DNA from: an uncultured Clostridia bacterium
GTDB taxonomy: Bacteria > Bacillota > Clostridia > Christensenellales > UBA1242
DNA: 35,926 bases
Direction: 5' to 3'
NCBI GenBank assembly: GCA_944384485.1
Contig: CALWTO010000032.1
Coordinates: 1 to 35,926, forward strand
Part shown: positions 1 through 7,653 of the stretch, piece by piece
How the letters are laid out: every line of letters starts with the position of its first letter
Position numbering within the stretch: position 1 is the first letter of the stretch
Notes under the pieces: model-generated
What the model saw: only the letters and a program-made list of their open reading frames with translations
Databases searched by the model: none
Told to the model about the DNA's origin: nothing
Translations under genes and position numbers: made by a program

Positions 1-1
1 T

Positions 2-364
2 AAATTAAGTAGCGATGACGAAAACAAAAAACTTTTTTTTTTTTTTTATAAAGGAAGAGAATGCCCTACTCATCTATATAGAAGAATCCCATTGCCTCTT
101 CCCTACGAAATTTCTTCATATCGTCAAACAAAAAAATTAAATTTAAAATCCTCGCAAGAATACACTTCAACTTATACTAAAAATGAAGACGGCTCTTACA
201 ATATTGTTTTAAAAATTTATGAACCTTTAATAACTTCACCAATGTTTGAATTGCGTCTTAAAGCACCTTCAAGACAATCCGCAAACGAAGCAATTCATAA
301 ATGGAAAGCAAACGCCCCTGCAATTTATGAAATGATTTACGAAAAACTTATAAATATTGATTAA
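2..364 (+). CDS. DUF4364 family protein, 5'-truncated by window edge
   Basis: The frame is open from position 2 (KLSSDDENKKLFFFFYKGRE...RRIP...). The C-terminal pattern Y.K..DGSY.IVLKIYE....MFELRL.APS...A..I..W...A..IY resembles DUF4364. The ORF-track start at 92 is probably internal. Confidence 0.7.
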   Translation, partial: KLSSDDENKKLFFFFYKGRECPTHLYRRIPLPLPYEISSYRQTKKLNLKSSQEYTSTYTKNEDGSYNIVLKIYEPLITSPMFELRLKAPSRQSANEAIHKWKANAPAIYEMIYEKLINID

Positions 365-377
365 AAAAGCACAACTA

Positions 378-827
378 TCATGTTGTGCTTTTATTAAACT
401 TTTCTATTTCCGCCCTAGCAAGTTTGTCACACCTATTATTCAATTCGTTATCAGCATGACCTTTAACCTTAAACCATTGAACAGAATGTTTGTGAGTAAG
501 TTCAACAAGTTTTTTCCATAAATCCACATTTAAAACATCTTTTTTACTTGATGTTTTCCAATTATTTTTTTGCCAAGCAGTTATCCAATTCTGCAAGAAA
601 GAATTGACAACATAAGCCGAATCGCTGTAAATTTGAACATCGCAAGACTCTTTCAATGCTTCAAGGCCTTTTATTACAGCGGTTAATTCCATCCGGTTGT
701 TTGTTGTAGACTCTTCTCCTCCAGACAAAACCTTTTCGTGATCATTATATTTTAAAATTGCTCCCCAGCCACCCTTACCAGGATTGCCAGAACATGCTCC
801 ATCAGTATACAAAATTATATTTTTCAC
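378..827 (-). CDS. rnhA: Ribonuclease HI
   Basis: Motifs YTDGACSGNPG, TTNNRMELTA, SDSAYV, NVDLW and VKGHADNELNNRCD. Confidence 0.97.
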   Translation of the reverse strand: MKNIILYTDGACSGNPGKGGWGAILKYNDHEKVLSGGEESTTNNRMELTAVIKGLEALKESCDVQIYSDSAYVVNSFLQNWITAWQKNNWKTSSKKDVLNVDLWKKLVELTHKHSVQWFKVKGHADNELNNRCDKLARAEIEKFNKSTT

Positions 828-837
828 AATATTCCCT

Positions 838-1236
838 TTAATTTAATTTTAATTTATTTTGCAATTCTTCTAAAGTTTGTTTATTTTTGTCAAGCTTTGG
901 AAATGCAGAAAAACCATCATTTTCAAATCTAGGCAGAATATGAAAATGTAAATGAAAAACAGTTTGTTCAGCATCTTTGCCGTTGGCATTTAAAATATTA
1001 ACACCTTTTGCACCACAATTGTCAACATAATGTTTTGCAATTTTTTTCACACAATTTATAACATGATTTAATGTTTCTTGTTCAACATCCAAAATGTTTT
1101 CATAATGTTTTTTAGGAATAACCAATGTATGTCCATTAGCGTCATTAGATATATCTAAAAAAGCCAAGCAATTATCATCTTCATAAATTTTATAACATGG
1201 TATTTTTTTATTTATAATGTCACAAAAAATGCACAT
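838..1236 (-). CDS. HIT family nucleotide hydrolase
   Basis: N-terminal CIFC, GHTLVIPKKH and the histidine triad VFHLHFHILPR. Confidence 0.95.
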   Translation of the reverse strand: MCIFCDIINKKIPCYKIYEDDNCLAFLDISNDANGHTLVIPKKHYENILDVEQETLNHVINCVKKIAKHYVDNCGAKGVNILNANGKDAEQTVFHLHFHILPRFENDGFSAFPKLDKNKQTLEELQNKLKLN

Positions 1237-1286
1237 CGTCCTTTCTCCTTAAATAATTATACAATACAAAAATAAAAATTACAAAT

Positions 1287-1313
1287 AAAAAAGGATGATT
1301 AATCATCCTTTTT
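1287..1313. terminator. Inverted repeat; likely intrinsic terminator of the 1315-1761 ORF
   Basis: AAAAAAGGATGATTAATCATCCTTTTT palindrome flanked by A/T tracts, just after the stop codon. Confidence 0.7.
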
Positions 1314-1314
1314 G

Positions 1315-1761
1315 TTATATCATTTCTGGTTCTGTGTTAGAATAATAAATCTCTTCACCCTTTGCACCAAGTTGAGGATTTGCCTTATCTTTGATTTTCT
1401 CATATTTGCTCATTAATTTATCAATTGTTTTTTCTTGAGCTTCAGTTAATTCCATAGGTTTGAATTTCATTGTGTCACTGTCTACAAAATCTCCCAAAAG
1501 AGCAATTGCTTCTTCTACAAAACCAAATGCTAAAGAATTATTAAACATTTTTTCTACTTTTTTGTATAACTTCTCAAATTTAGCCCAACGTTTTTTTCCT
1601 TCTTCTGTTAGCCCTTCTTTCAATCTATTATTTTGTTGCATAGTTTTTGACAAAATTAAATTTGCCTTTACAATTTCTTCAATTGTCAATTCTTGCTTAT
1701 CTGCAACTGTTTTAATGTATTCTTTCCATTTGTTTTCCTTAAATTTTGTTTCTTTATCCAT
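1315..1761 (-). CDS. Hypothetical helical K/E-rich protein (148 aa)
   Basis: The ATG at 1761 is preceded by SD AAGGAG. The ORF-track extension to 1827 runs through the promoter. No family recognised. Confidence 0.75.
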   Translation of the reverse strand: MDKETKFKENKWKEYIKTVADKQELTIEEIVKANLILSKTMQQNNRLKEGLTEEGKKRWAKFEKLYKKVEKMFNNSLAFGFVEEAIALLGDFVDSDTMKFKPMELTEAQEKTIDKLMSKYEKIKDKANPQLGAKGEEIYYSNTEPEMI

Positions 1762-1791
1762 ATCTTTCTCCTTTGTATTTTTGATGATTTT

Positions 1792-1820
1792 ATTATACTT
1801 CAAAATGTAAAAAATGTCAA
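1792..1820 (-). promoter_or_regulatory. Consensus sigma-A promoter
   Basis: TTGACA (1820-1815), 17-nt spacer, TATAAT (1797-1792). Confidence 0.85.
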
Positions 1821-1862
1821 TACTCAATTCCCAAAAAAATACAATATTTTTTTAATTAAATT

Positions 1863-1893
1863 GTATATATTATCAAATTTTACACATTATAAT
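1863..1893 (+). promoter_or_regulatory. Possible sigma-G/F-type promoter (or sigma-A -10) for the YjzC-like ORF
   Basis: GTATA (1863-1867), 17 nt, CATTATA (1885-1891); an overlapping TATAAT sits at 1888-1893. Confidence 0.35.
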
Positions 1894-1907
1894 AGCGGGA
1901 GGTAAAA

Positions 1908-2066
1908 ATGAAACAATATAAACCTGGTGAACAAGCACCAAAAACTGCAAACTATGCATGTTACGATAAAAATGGAAAATGCGGTGGCTCTACACATCTT
2001 GAAAAAGGACAAAGATTTCCTGCCACTCAACATGAAGGTTCTCATTACGAAATGGAGAATGAATAA
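1908..2066 (+). CDS. YjzC-like small protein (52 aa), absent from the ORF track
   Basis: GGGAGG SD, then MKQYKPGEQAPKTANYACYDKNGKCGGSTHLEKGQRFPATQHEGSHYEMENE*. The KPGE.AP...Y...G.RFP.T pattern fits the YjzC family, and a terminator follows. Confidence 0.85.
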   Translation: MKQYKPGEQAPKTANYACYDKNGKCGGSTHLEKGQRFPATQHEGSHYEMENE

Positions 2067-2097
2067 AAAAGATGCACGATTGTGCATCTTTTTTTTA
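2066..2097. terminator. Bidirectional intrinsic terminator
   Basis: AAAAAGATGCAC-GATT-GTGCATCTTTTTTTT, between the convergent YjzC-like ORF and tRNA-Ser. Confidence 0.85.
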
Positions 2098-2141
2098 TTT
2101 GGTATGTTTTCTGTTTTGAATAACACCATATATTGTATAAA

Positions 2142-2230
2142 TGGCGCAGAAGACAGGATTCGAACCTGCGGAGGCTTTTAACCTCACACGCTTTCCAAGC
2201 GTGCGCCTTAAACCACTCGACCACCTCTGC
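2142..2230 (-). tRNA. tRNA-Ser(GGA)
   Basis: GCAGAGGTGGTCGAGTGGTTTAAGGCGCACGC-TTGGAAA-GCGTG, long variable arm GAGGTTAAAAGCCTC, T-arm GCAGGTTCGAATCCTGT, discriminator G73 and encoded CCA. Confidence 0.95.
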
Positions 2231-2267
2231 AAGTTGAACTATCACAAGGATGTGATAGTTGTTTTTA

Positions 2268-3647
2268 TTAGAATTCGCAATTTCTTGGAGTTCTTGGAAA
2301 AGGCAAAACATCTCTTATATTTTGCATGCCTGTTACATACATAACAAATCTATCAAACCCCATGCCAAAGCCACTATGTTTTACTCCACCAAACTTTCTT
2401 AAATTTAAATACCACCAGTAATCCTTTTCATTTAAACCTAATTCATGTATTCTGTTTAACAAAACATCATATCGCTCCTCTCTTTCGCTAGCCCCACAAA
2501 GCTCTCCTATTCCAGGAACTAGCAAATCAGTAGCTTTAACAGTTTTATTGTCGTCGTTAACTTTCATATAAAAAGCTTTAATTTCTTTAGGATAATTGTA
2601 AACAAAAACAGGCTTACCATAAACTTCTTTTGTTAAATATTTTTCATGTTCACTTTGCAAGTCGCATCCCCAATAAGCTTTAAATTCAAATTTGTCATTA
2701 TTCTTCATCAAATTTTCAATCGCTTCATCGTAAGTAATTCTTGCGAACTCATTTTCTGAAACATTTTTTAGTTTAGCAATCAAACCTTTTTCTACAAAAT
2801 TATCAAAAAATTGCAATTCACTTGAACACTTTTCAAAAAGATAATTTATAACATATTTAATCATTTTTTCCATAATGTCCATATTATCAAATAATTCATA
2901 AAAAGCCATTTCAGGTTCAATATGCCAAAATTCATTAGCATGTTTTACAGTGTTGCTATTTTCAGCTCTAAAAGAAGGTCCAAAAGTATAAATTTTACCC
3001 ATTGAAAGAGCAAATGCTTCTCCTTCAAGTTGACAAGATGGAGAAAGAAATACTGCCTTTCCAAATAATTCATCTTTTGGATCTAATTTCTTGCCAGCAT
3101 AAATATCTTGAGTGCTAACTCTAAACAATTCACCTGCACCTTCACAATCAGATGATGTCAAAATAGGTGCTTGTAAATATACAAAGCCTTGGTCATTAAA
3201 AAATTTATGCAACGCAAAAGCCGCCTCACTTCTTACGCGAAAAACAGCATTAAAAAGATTTGTTCTTGGTCTTAAATATGCCATTTCACGCAAAAATTCC
3301 ATGCTGTGCCCTTTCTTTTGCAAAGGATATTCATTATCAGTTGCATTTATAATTTCAATTTCTTCCGCTTGCATCTCAAATGGTTGTTTGTTATCTGGTG
3401 TTAAAACAATACAACCATCACATATTATAGCAGAACCGGTGTTAAGTTTTTCTACCGCCTCAAAATTTGAAATTTTGTCCTTATTGAAAACAATTTGTAA
3501 CCCCTTAAAAGATGTACCATCATTTAAGTCAATAAAACCAAAATTTCCGTTACCACGGCAACTACGCACCCATCCGGCAACTGTAATTTTCTTTTCAGTA
3601 TAATCTTTTATATTTGTGTGTAATAATTTTATATCAACCTTTTTCAT
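2268..3647 (-). CDS. asnS: Asparagine--tRNA ligase
   Basis: N-terminal OB fold (GWVRS.R...FIDLNDGT), YPLQKK, LRPRTN, YTFGPSFRAENSNT, DLQSEHE, HSGFGMGFDR and NIRDVLPFPRTP. Confidence 0.95.
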   Translation of the reverse strand: MKKVDIKLLHTNIKDYTEKKITVAGWVRSCRGNGNFGFIDLNDGTSFKGLQIVFNKDKISNFEAVEKLNTGSAIICDGCIVLTPDNKQPFEMQAEEIEIINATDNEYPLQKKGHSMEFLREMAYLRPRTNLFNAVFRVRSEAAFALHKFFNDQGFVYLQAPILTSSDCEGAGELFRVSTQDIYAGKKLDPKDELFGKAVFLSPSCQLEGEAFALSMGKIYTFGPSFRAENSNTVKHANEFWHIEPEMAFYELFDNMDIMEKMIKYVINYLFEKCSSELQFFDNFVEKGLIAKLKNVSENEFARITYDEAIENLMKNNDKFEFKAYWGCDLQSEHEKYLTKEVYGKPVFVYNYPKEIKAFYMKVNDDNKTVKATDLLVPGIGELCGASEREERYDVLLNRIHELGLNEKDYWWYLNLRKFGGVKHSGFGMGFDRFVMYVTGMQNIRDVLPFPRTPRNCEF

Positions 3648-3656
3648 AAAAATCTC

Positions 3657-4934
3657 CTATGGGTTTAATCTATCTGGTCCTCTAAATATAAACATACTTT
3701 CCTTAATTGTTGGAATATTTAATAACAACATAATCATTCTATCCAACCCTAATCCAAATCCACCATGAGGAGGCATACCATATTTGAAAAATTCAAGGTA
3801 GAATTCAACATCTTTATCGAGGCCTTTCTCTTTTGCTTGTTGTTTAATGATTTCATATCTATGCTCTCTTTGTGCACCGCTGGTAATTTCAATCCCCTTC
3901 CAAATCAAGTCATAACCTTGTAATATTCCATTTTTTCTCATATGATAGAACGCACGCTTTTCAGGTCCATAATCAGTAACAAACAAAAACTCATGGTTAA
4001 ATTTATCTTTGGCAAGCTGTTCACATAATCTTTCAGCTTCCGTTGTTAAATCAACTTTTTCTTCATCCGGAACTGTAAAATTGTATCTCTCTTCAAGTTC
4101 TTTGTAAATATCTTGTAACTTCATTTTTGGGAAAGGTAGTGTTGGAACAACCACATCAACGCCGTAAACTTCTCTAATTCTATCCCCATGTTTTTCTTTT
4201 ATTTTTTGGAGCATATAAGTAAGCATTTCTTCTTCTAGTTGCATAACATCTTCAAAAGAGTTAATATAAGAAAATTCTATATCAAAGCCAGTAAATTCAG
4301 TAGCATGCTTTTTAGTATGCGATTTTTCTGCTCTAAAAACTGGACCACACTCGAATATTCTTTCAAATCCACTAGCCATTGCCATTTGTTTATAAAATTG
4401 TGGGCTCTGCGCTAAATATGCTTTACGATCAAAATACTTTACTTCAAAAACTTCAGAACCACTTTCGCTAGCTGTTGGAATGAGTTTTGGAGTGTGAATT
4501 TCAATAAAATCTTTATTAAGTAAAAATTCTCTTAAAGCATTTGTCATTGTAGTTTGGACTTGAAACAACAATTGGTTTTTTTCTTGCCTTAAATCAAGCC
4601 ATCTATAATCTAACCTTTGATCAATAAAACTTTCAGGTCCTATAGGTAATGCGTCTGCTTTAGATGTCAATTCAACATGATCAGGAATAATTTCAATTCC
4701 TCCCAATTTGACAAATTCATTTGCAACTGCTTCCCCCACAACTTTGACAGTACTTTCCAAAGTTGCATGAGAAAAAATTTCAGCGATTTCAGGTTTTTCG
4801 CTTTTAACAACAGTGATTTGTATTTTACCAGATAAATCTCTAATAACTACAAATTGCATATTTTTTTTATCGCGTAAATTTTCAATAAATCCTTGCACTT
4901 CAACTTTTCCAGGCTTAATATCTGCAATTTTCAT
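3657..4934 (-). CDS. aspS: Aspartate--tRNA ligase, short archaeal/eukaryote-like type (no GAD insertion)
   Basis: 425 aa with IEIHTPKL, YLAQSPQFYKQM, GPVFRAEKS, EITSGAQREH and YGMPPHGGFGLG. Confidence 0.92.
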   Translation of the reverse strand: MKIADIKPGKVEVQGFIENLRDKKNMQFVVIRDLSGKIQITVVKSEKPEIAEIFSHATLESTVKVVGEAVANEFVKLGGIEIIPDHVELTSKADALPIGPESFIDQRLDYRWLDLRQEKNQLLFQVQTTMTNALREFLLNKDFIEIHTPKLIPTASESGSEVFEVKYFDRKAYLAQSPQFYKQMAMASGFERIFECGPVFRAEKSHTKKHATEFTGFDIEFSYINSFEDVMQLEEEMLTYMLQKIKEKHGDRIREVYGVDVVVPTLPFPKMKLQDIYKELEERYNFTVPDEEKVDLTTEAERLCEQLAKDKFNHEFLFVTDYGPEKRAFYHMRKNGILQGYDLIWKGIEITSGAQREHRYEIIKQQAKEKGLDKDVEFYLEFFKYGMPPHGGFGLGLDRMIMLLLNIPTIKESMFIFRGPDRLNP

Positions 4935-4957
4935 ATGTTCTCCTTATTATCTAGATC

Positions 4958-4986
4958 ATTATAGCACAACAAAAAATTCTTGTAAA
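4958..4986 (-). promoter_or_regulatory. Sigma-A promoter of aspS-asnS(-tRNA-Ser)
   Basis: TTTACA, 17 nt, TATAAT, with extended -10 TGc. Confidence 0.7.
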
Positions 4987-5027
4987 GAAAATCAAATTGA
5001 TTTTATTAAAGCCTTAATATTTTTTAA

Positions 5028-5146
5028 AATAAAAAAAGTTTGCTTGTTTTGCAAAACCTTTTTGGTGCGAGCGGTGGAAGCCTTTACCCCTAAAACGCTT
5101 TGCATTTTTGGGGACCCCACGAACCCGTGGGTTCGACTCCCACTCT
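5028..5146 (-). repeat. tRNA-Leu-derived structured repeat (duplicated 3' end and terminator, inverted T-arm, hairpin insert)
   Basis: 5028-5081 is a near-identical direct repeat of 5169-5226. 5127-5143 is the exact reverse complement of the tRNA T-arm segment 5219-5235. 5087-5113 forms a GC-clamped hairpin. Confidence 0.85.
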
Positions 5147-5171
5147 TTTAAATTTTTTCTGCTTTTATAAT

Positions 5172-5207
5172 AAAAAAAAGTTTTGCTTGTTTTGCACAAA
5201 ACCTTTT
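5172..5207 (-). terminator. Probable terminator after tRNA-Leu
   Basis: Minus strand reads AAAAGGTTTTG...CAAAACTTTTTTTT, a stem followed by a U-tract. A second copy lies at about 5031-5062. Confidence 0.55.
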
Positions 5208-5289
5208 TGGTGCGAGCGGTGGGAGTCGAACCCACACTCTTTCGAACTTGCCCCTTAAACAAGCGCGTCTGCCATTCCGCCACGCTCGC
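5208..5289 (-). tRNA. tRNA-Leu(AAG)
   Basis: GCGAGCGTGGCGGAATGGCAGACGCG-CTTGT-TTAAGGG-GCAAG-TTCGAAAGAGT-GTGGGTTCGACTCCCAC-CGCTCGC-A-CCA. Leu-type D-arm, variable arm and A73; anticodon at 5256-5254. Confidence 0.92.
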
Positions 5290-5313
5290 AAATTATTAAA
5301 TGTTACGCTATAA

Positions 5314-5342
5314 ATTATAATTATTTATATTTAGTTTGTCAA
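5314..5342 (-). promoter_or_regulatory. Consensus sigma-A promoter of tRNA-Leu
   Basis: TTGACA (5342-5337), 17 nt, TATAAT (5319-5314). Confidence 0.88.
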
Positions 5343-5366
5343 CAATTTTTTCCATATTTAATAAAA

Positions 5367-5389
5367 AAGAAACAAAAAATTTGTTTCTT
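5367..5389 (-). terminator. AT-rich terminator-like hairpin after the ferritin-like gene
   Basis: AAGAAACAAA-AAA-TTTGTTTCTT inverted repeat, followed by a U-tract on the minus strand. Confidence 0.5.
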
Positions 5390-5672
5390 ATTTAAATTCT
5401 TCATTAAATTCTTTTAACCCTTTTTCAAATAATGTTTTGCTTTCAGGATCTAAATAGAATAATAACCCAAACAATTCTCCTACATGCACTTTTTCTTCAT
5501 CTGCAATATGCCTAATTGTATTTTTTGCAGAGGTTTCATTTGTTTGATTATAATGATTTTCATATTGTATTATGGCTTCAAGTTCACCAATAATATCTTC
5601 TCTAGTATTTTGTATAGTTAAAAATCTATTTGACTGATTTTGATTGTCTAAAATACTAAAAATTCTTCTCAT
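5388..5672 (-). CDS. Small ferritin-like (half-rubrerythrin/encapsulated-ferritin-like) protein
   Basis: ELEAIIQYE...HIADEEKVHVGEL...LDP di-iron motifs and a strong SD (AAGGAGGG). Confidence 0.8.
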   Translation of the reverse strand: MRRIFSILDNQNQSNRFLTIQNTREDIIGELEAIIQYENHYNQTNETSAKNTIRHIADEEKVHVGELFGLLFYLDPESKTLFEKGLKEFNEEFK

Positions 5673-5734
5673 TTTCCCTCCTTAACAATTTTATATATGC
5701 ATTAATTTTAAGGAAAGTTAAAAAAGTGAGTTTT

Positions 5735-6991
5735 TTAACCCACTTCTTTTTTATCATCTATTTTTACTATTTCAGGATCGACATTTTCTTCCTGAATAAA
5801 TTTTTCTGTTATTATTACCTTTTTAACATCCTTAAAGCTTGGAACTTCAAACATTAATTTTGTCATTTTTGTTTTTTTTTTTGTTCTCAATCCCCTTGCT
5901 CCCGTTTTTAAATCCATTGCCTTTTTAGCAATAGCTTTAACAGCCTCCTGTGAAAATTCAATTTCAACTCCATCCATTTTAAACATAAGTTTGTATTGTT
6001 TTACAATTGAATTTTTTGGCTCCGTCAATATTTTTACTAATGCTTCTTGTGTTAAATCGTCAAGACCAACAACGACAGGCAATCTTCCAATAAATTCAGG
6101 AATAAGACCAAATTTTATTAAATCGTTTGGTTGAATATCTTTAACATAATTGACCTTTTCTTTTTTTTTATTTTTTTTAATTGAAGCGTTAAAACCAAGA
6201 GATGTATCATTTATTCTAGAATCAATAATTTTATCTATGCCAACAAATGCTCCACCACAAATAAATAAGATATTTGTTGTATCGATTTGAATCATTTCTT
6301 GATGAGGATGTTTTCTGCCACCTTGCGGAGGAACTGATGCTACAGTGCTTTCCATAATCTTTAAAAGGGCTTGTTGAACACCTTCTCCAGCGACATCTCG
6401 TGTAATTGAAACATTTTGCGTTTTCTTTGCAATTTTATCAATTTCATCAATGTAAATAATGCCTCTCTGTGCTTTTTCTATATCATAATCGGCATTTTGA
6501 ATTAGTTTTAATAAAATATTTTCTACATCATCTCCAACATAACCCGCTTCTGTCAAAGTTGTTGCATCAGCAGCTGCAAAAGGAACTTTTAAAATTTTTG
6601 CTAAAGTTTTCGCAAGAAGAGTTTTTCCAGATCCGGTTGGACCAACCATTAAAATGTTGCTTTTTTCAAGTTCAACATCATCTTTCTCCGTTGAAGTTTT
6701 AGCAAAATTATAATTTAATCTTTTATAGTGATTATAAACAGCAACTGCCAAAACTTTTTTTGCTTCATCTTGACCGATAACATAGTCATCAAGAGCCTTT
6801 TTGATCTCAATTGGTGTAGGCAATTCTATCTTTTCAAAAGAGGATTTTTTCCCTAGTTCAGCAATTATGTCTTTACATATAAGAACACATTCATCACAAA
6901 TGTAAGCATCTCCGTTTGGACTTGCAATCAATTTTTTGGCTTCTTTTTGATTTTTGCCACAAAAAGAACATTTATAATCATTTTGTTCCAT
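5735..6991 (-). CDS. clpX: ATP-dependent Clp protease ATP-binding subunit ClpX
   Basis: CSFC/CDEC zinc finger, [25 protein letters not shown] and PPQGGRKHP. Confidence 0.97.
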   Translation of the reverse strand: MEQNDYKCSFCGKNQKEAKKLIASPNGDAYICDECVLICKDIIAELGKKSSFEKIELPTPIEIKKALDDYVIGQDEAKKVLAVAVYNHYKRLNYNFAKTSTEKDDVELEKSNILMVGPTGSGKTLLAKTLAKILKVPFAAADATTLTEAGYVGDDVENILLKLIQNADYDIEKAQRGIIYIDEIDKIAKKTQNVSITRDVAGEGVQQALLKIMESTVASVPPQGGRKHPHQEMIQIDTTNILFICGGAFVGIDKIIDSRINDTSLGFNASIKKNKKKEKVNYVKDIQPNDLIKFGLIPEFIGRLPVVVGLDDLTQEALVKILTEPKNSIVKQYKLMFKMDGVEIEFSQEAVKAIAKKAMDLKTGARGLRTKKKTKMTKLMFEVPSFKDVKKVIITEKFIQEENVDPEIVKIDDKKEVG

Positions 6992-7000
6992 TATTGCTCC

Positions 7001-7591
7001 TTATTTTATTGTTTTTCTAGATAAGAAAATTTCATCAATTAATCCATATTCCTTTGCTTCTTGAGCAGTCATATAATTATCTCTATCAGTATCTTTTTCA
7101 ACTATTTCAAGAGGTTTTCCTGTGTTTTCACTAAGCATTTTATTCATTCTGTCTTTGATATATTGAATATGATTTGCTTGAATTTGAATATCGCTAACTT
7201 GTCCTTGAGCCCCACCTAAAGGCTGATGAATCATAATCTCGCTATTTGGAAGAGCAAATCTTTTACCTTTTGTTCCACCAGCAAGCAGAAATGCTCCCAT
7301 AGAAGCAGCTCTGCCGACACAAATTGTCGAAACATCACATTTAATATATTTCATAGTATCATAAATTGCAAGACCTGCCGAAACACTTCCCCCAGGACTA
7401 TTAATATATATGAAAATATCTTTGTTTGGGTTTTTTCCTTCAAGATAAATTAATTGCGCAACAACAATATTTGCAATATCATCGTTGATTTCGCCATTTA
7501 AAAATATTATGCGATCTTCAAGTAAACGTGAATAAATATCATACGATCTTTCAGAAGTTCCTGTTTGATCTATAACCATAGGTATCAACAT
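7001..7591 (-). CDS. clpP: Clp protease proteolytic subunit
   Basis: [28 protein letters not shown] and DTDRD. Confidence 0.98.
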   Translation of the reverse strand: MLIPMVIDQTGTSERSYDIYSRLLEDRIIFLNGEINDDIANIVVAQLIYLEGKNPNKDIFIYINSPGGSVSAGLAIYDTMKYIKCDVSTICVGRAASMGAFLLAGGTKGKRFALPNSEIMIHQPLGGAQGQVSDIQIQANHIQYIKDRMNKMLSENTGKPLEIVEKDTDRDNYMTAQEAKEYGLIDEIFLSRKTIK

Positions 7592-7653
7592 AATTATCCT
7601 CCCCTAAAATTTTTAAATTTATACAAAAGTAAGATATTTAATTTATTGCCAAA

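Noticed and set aside
33-47. 15-T run inside the DUF4364 ORF as a phase-variation tract
   Set aside because: It lies at the window edge amid atypical residues (LFFFFY), so low-quality sequence is more likely. It cannot be resolved without reads.
1887-2344. ORF-track calls 1887-2129, 1927-2181, 2045-2311 and 2141-2344
   Set aside because: They overlap the YjzC-like gene, the terminator and tRNA-Ser, and show no recognisable protein features.
4935-5146. T-box riboswitch upstream of aspS-asnS
   Set aside because: No AAnnnGGGTGGnACC T-box motif is present, and a promoter lies directly upstream of aspS with no room for a leader.
5028-5226. Repeat as a CRISPR array or prophage att pair
   Set aside because: There are only two units, derived from the tRNA 3' end, with no cas genes, integrase or cargo between them.
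5246-5263. Reading the tRNA-Leu anticodon as TAA
   Set aside because: That register destroys the anticodon stem; only the AAG-centred 7-nt loop pairs.
4813-5283. ORFs 4813-5151 and 5014-5283
   Set aside because: They are read-throughs of aspS antisense, tRNA-Leu and its repeat.
5860-5890. Odd ClpX segment [10 protein letters not shown] after sensor-2
   Set aside because: It coincides with an 11-T homopolymer and the frame is preserved, so a local base-calling error or AT drift is more likely than function.
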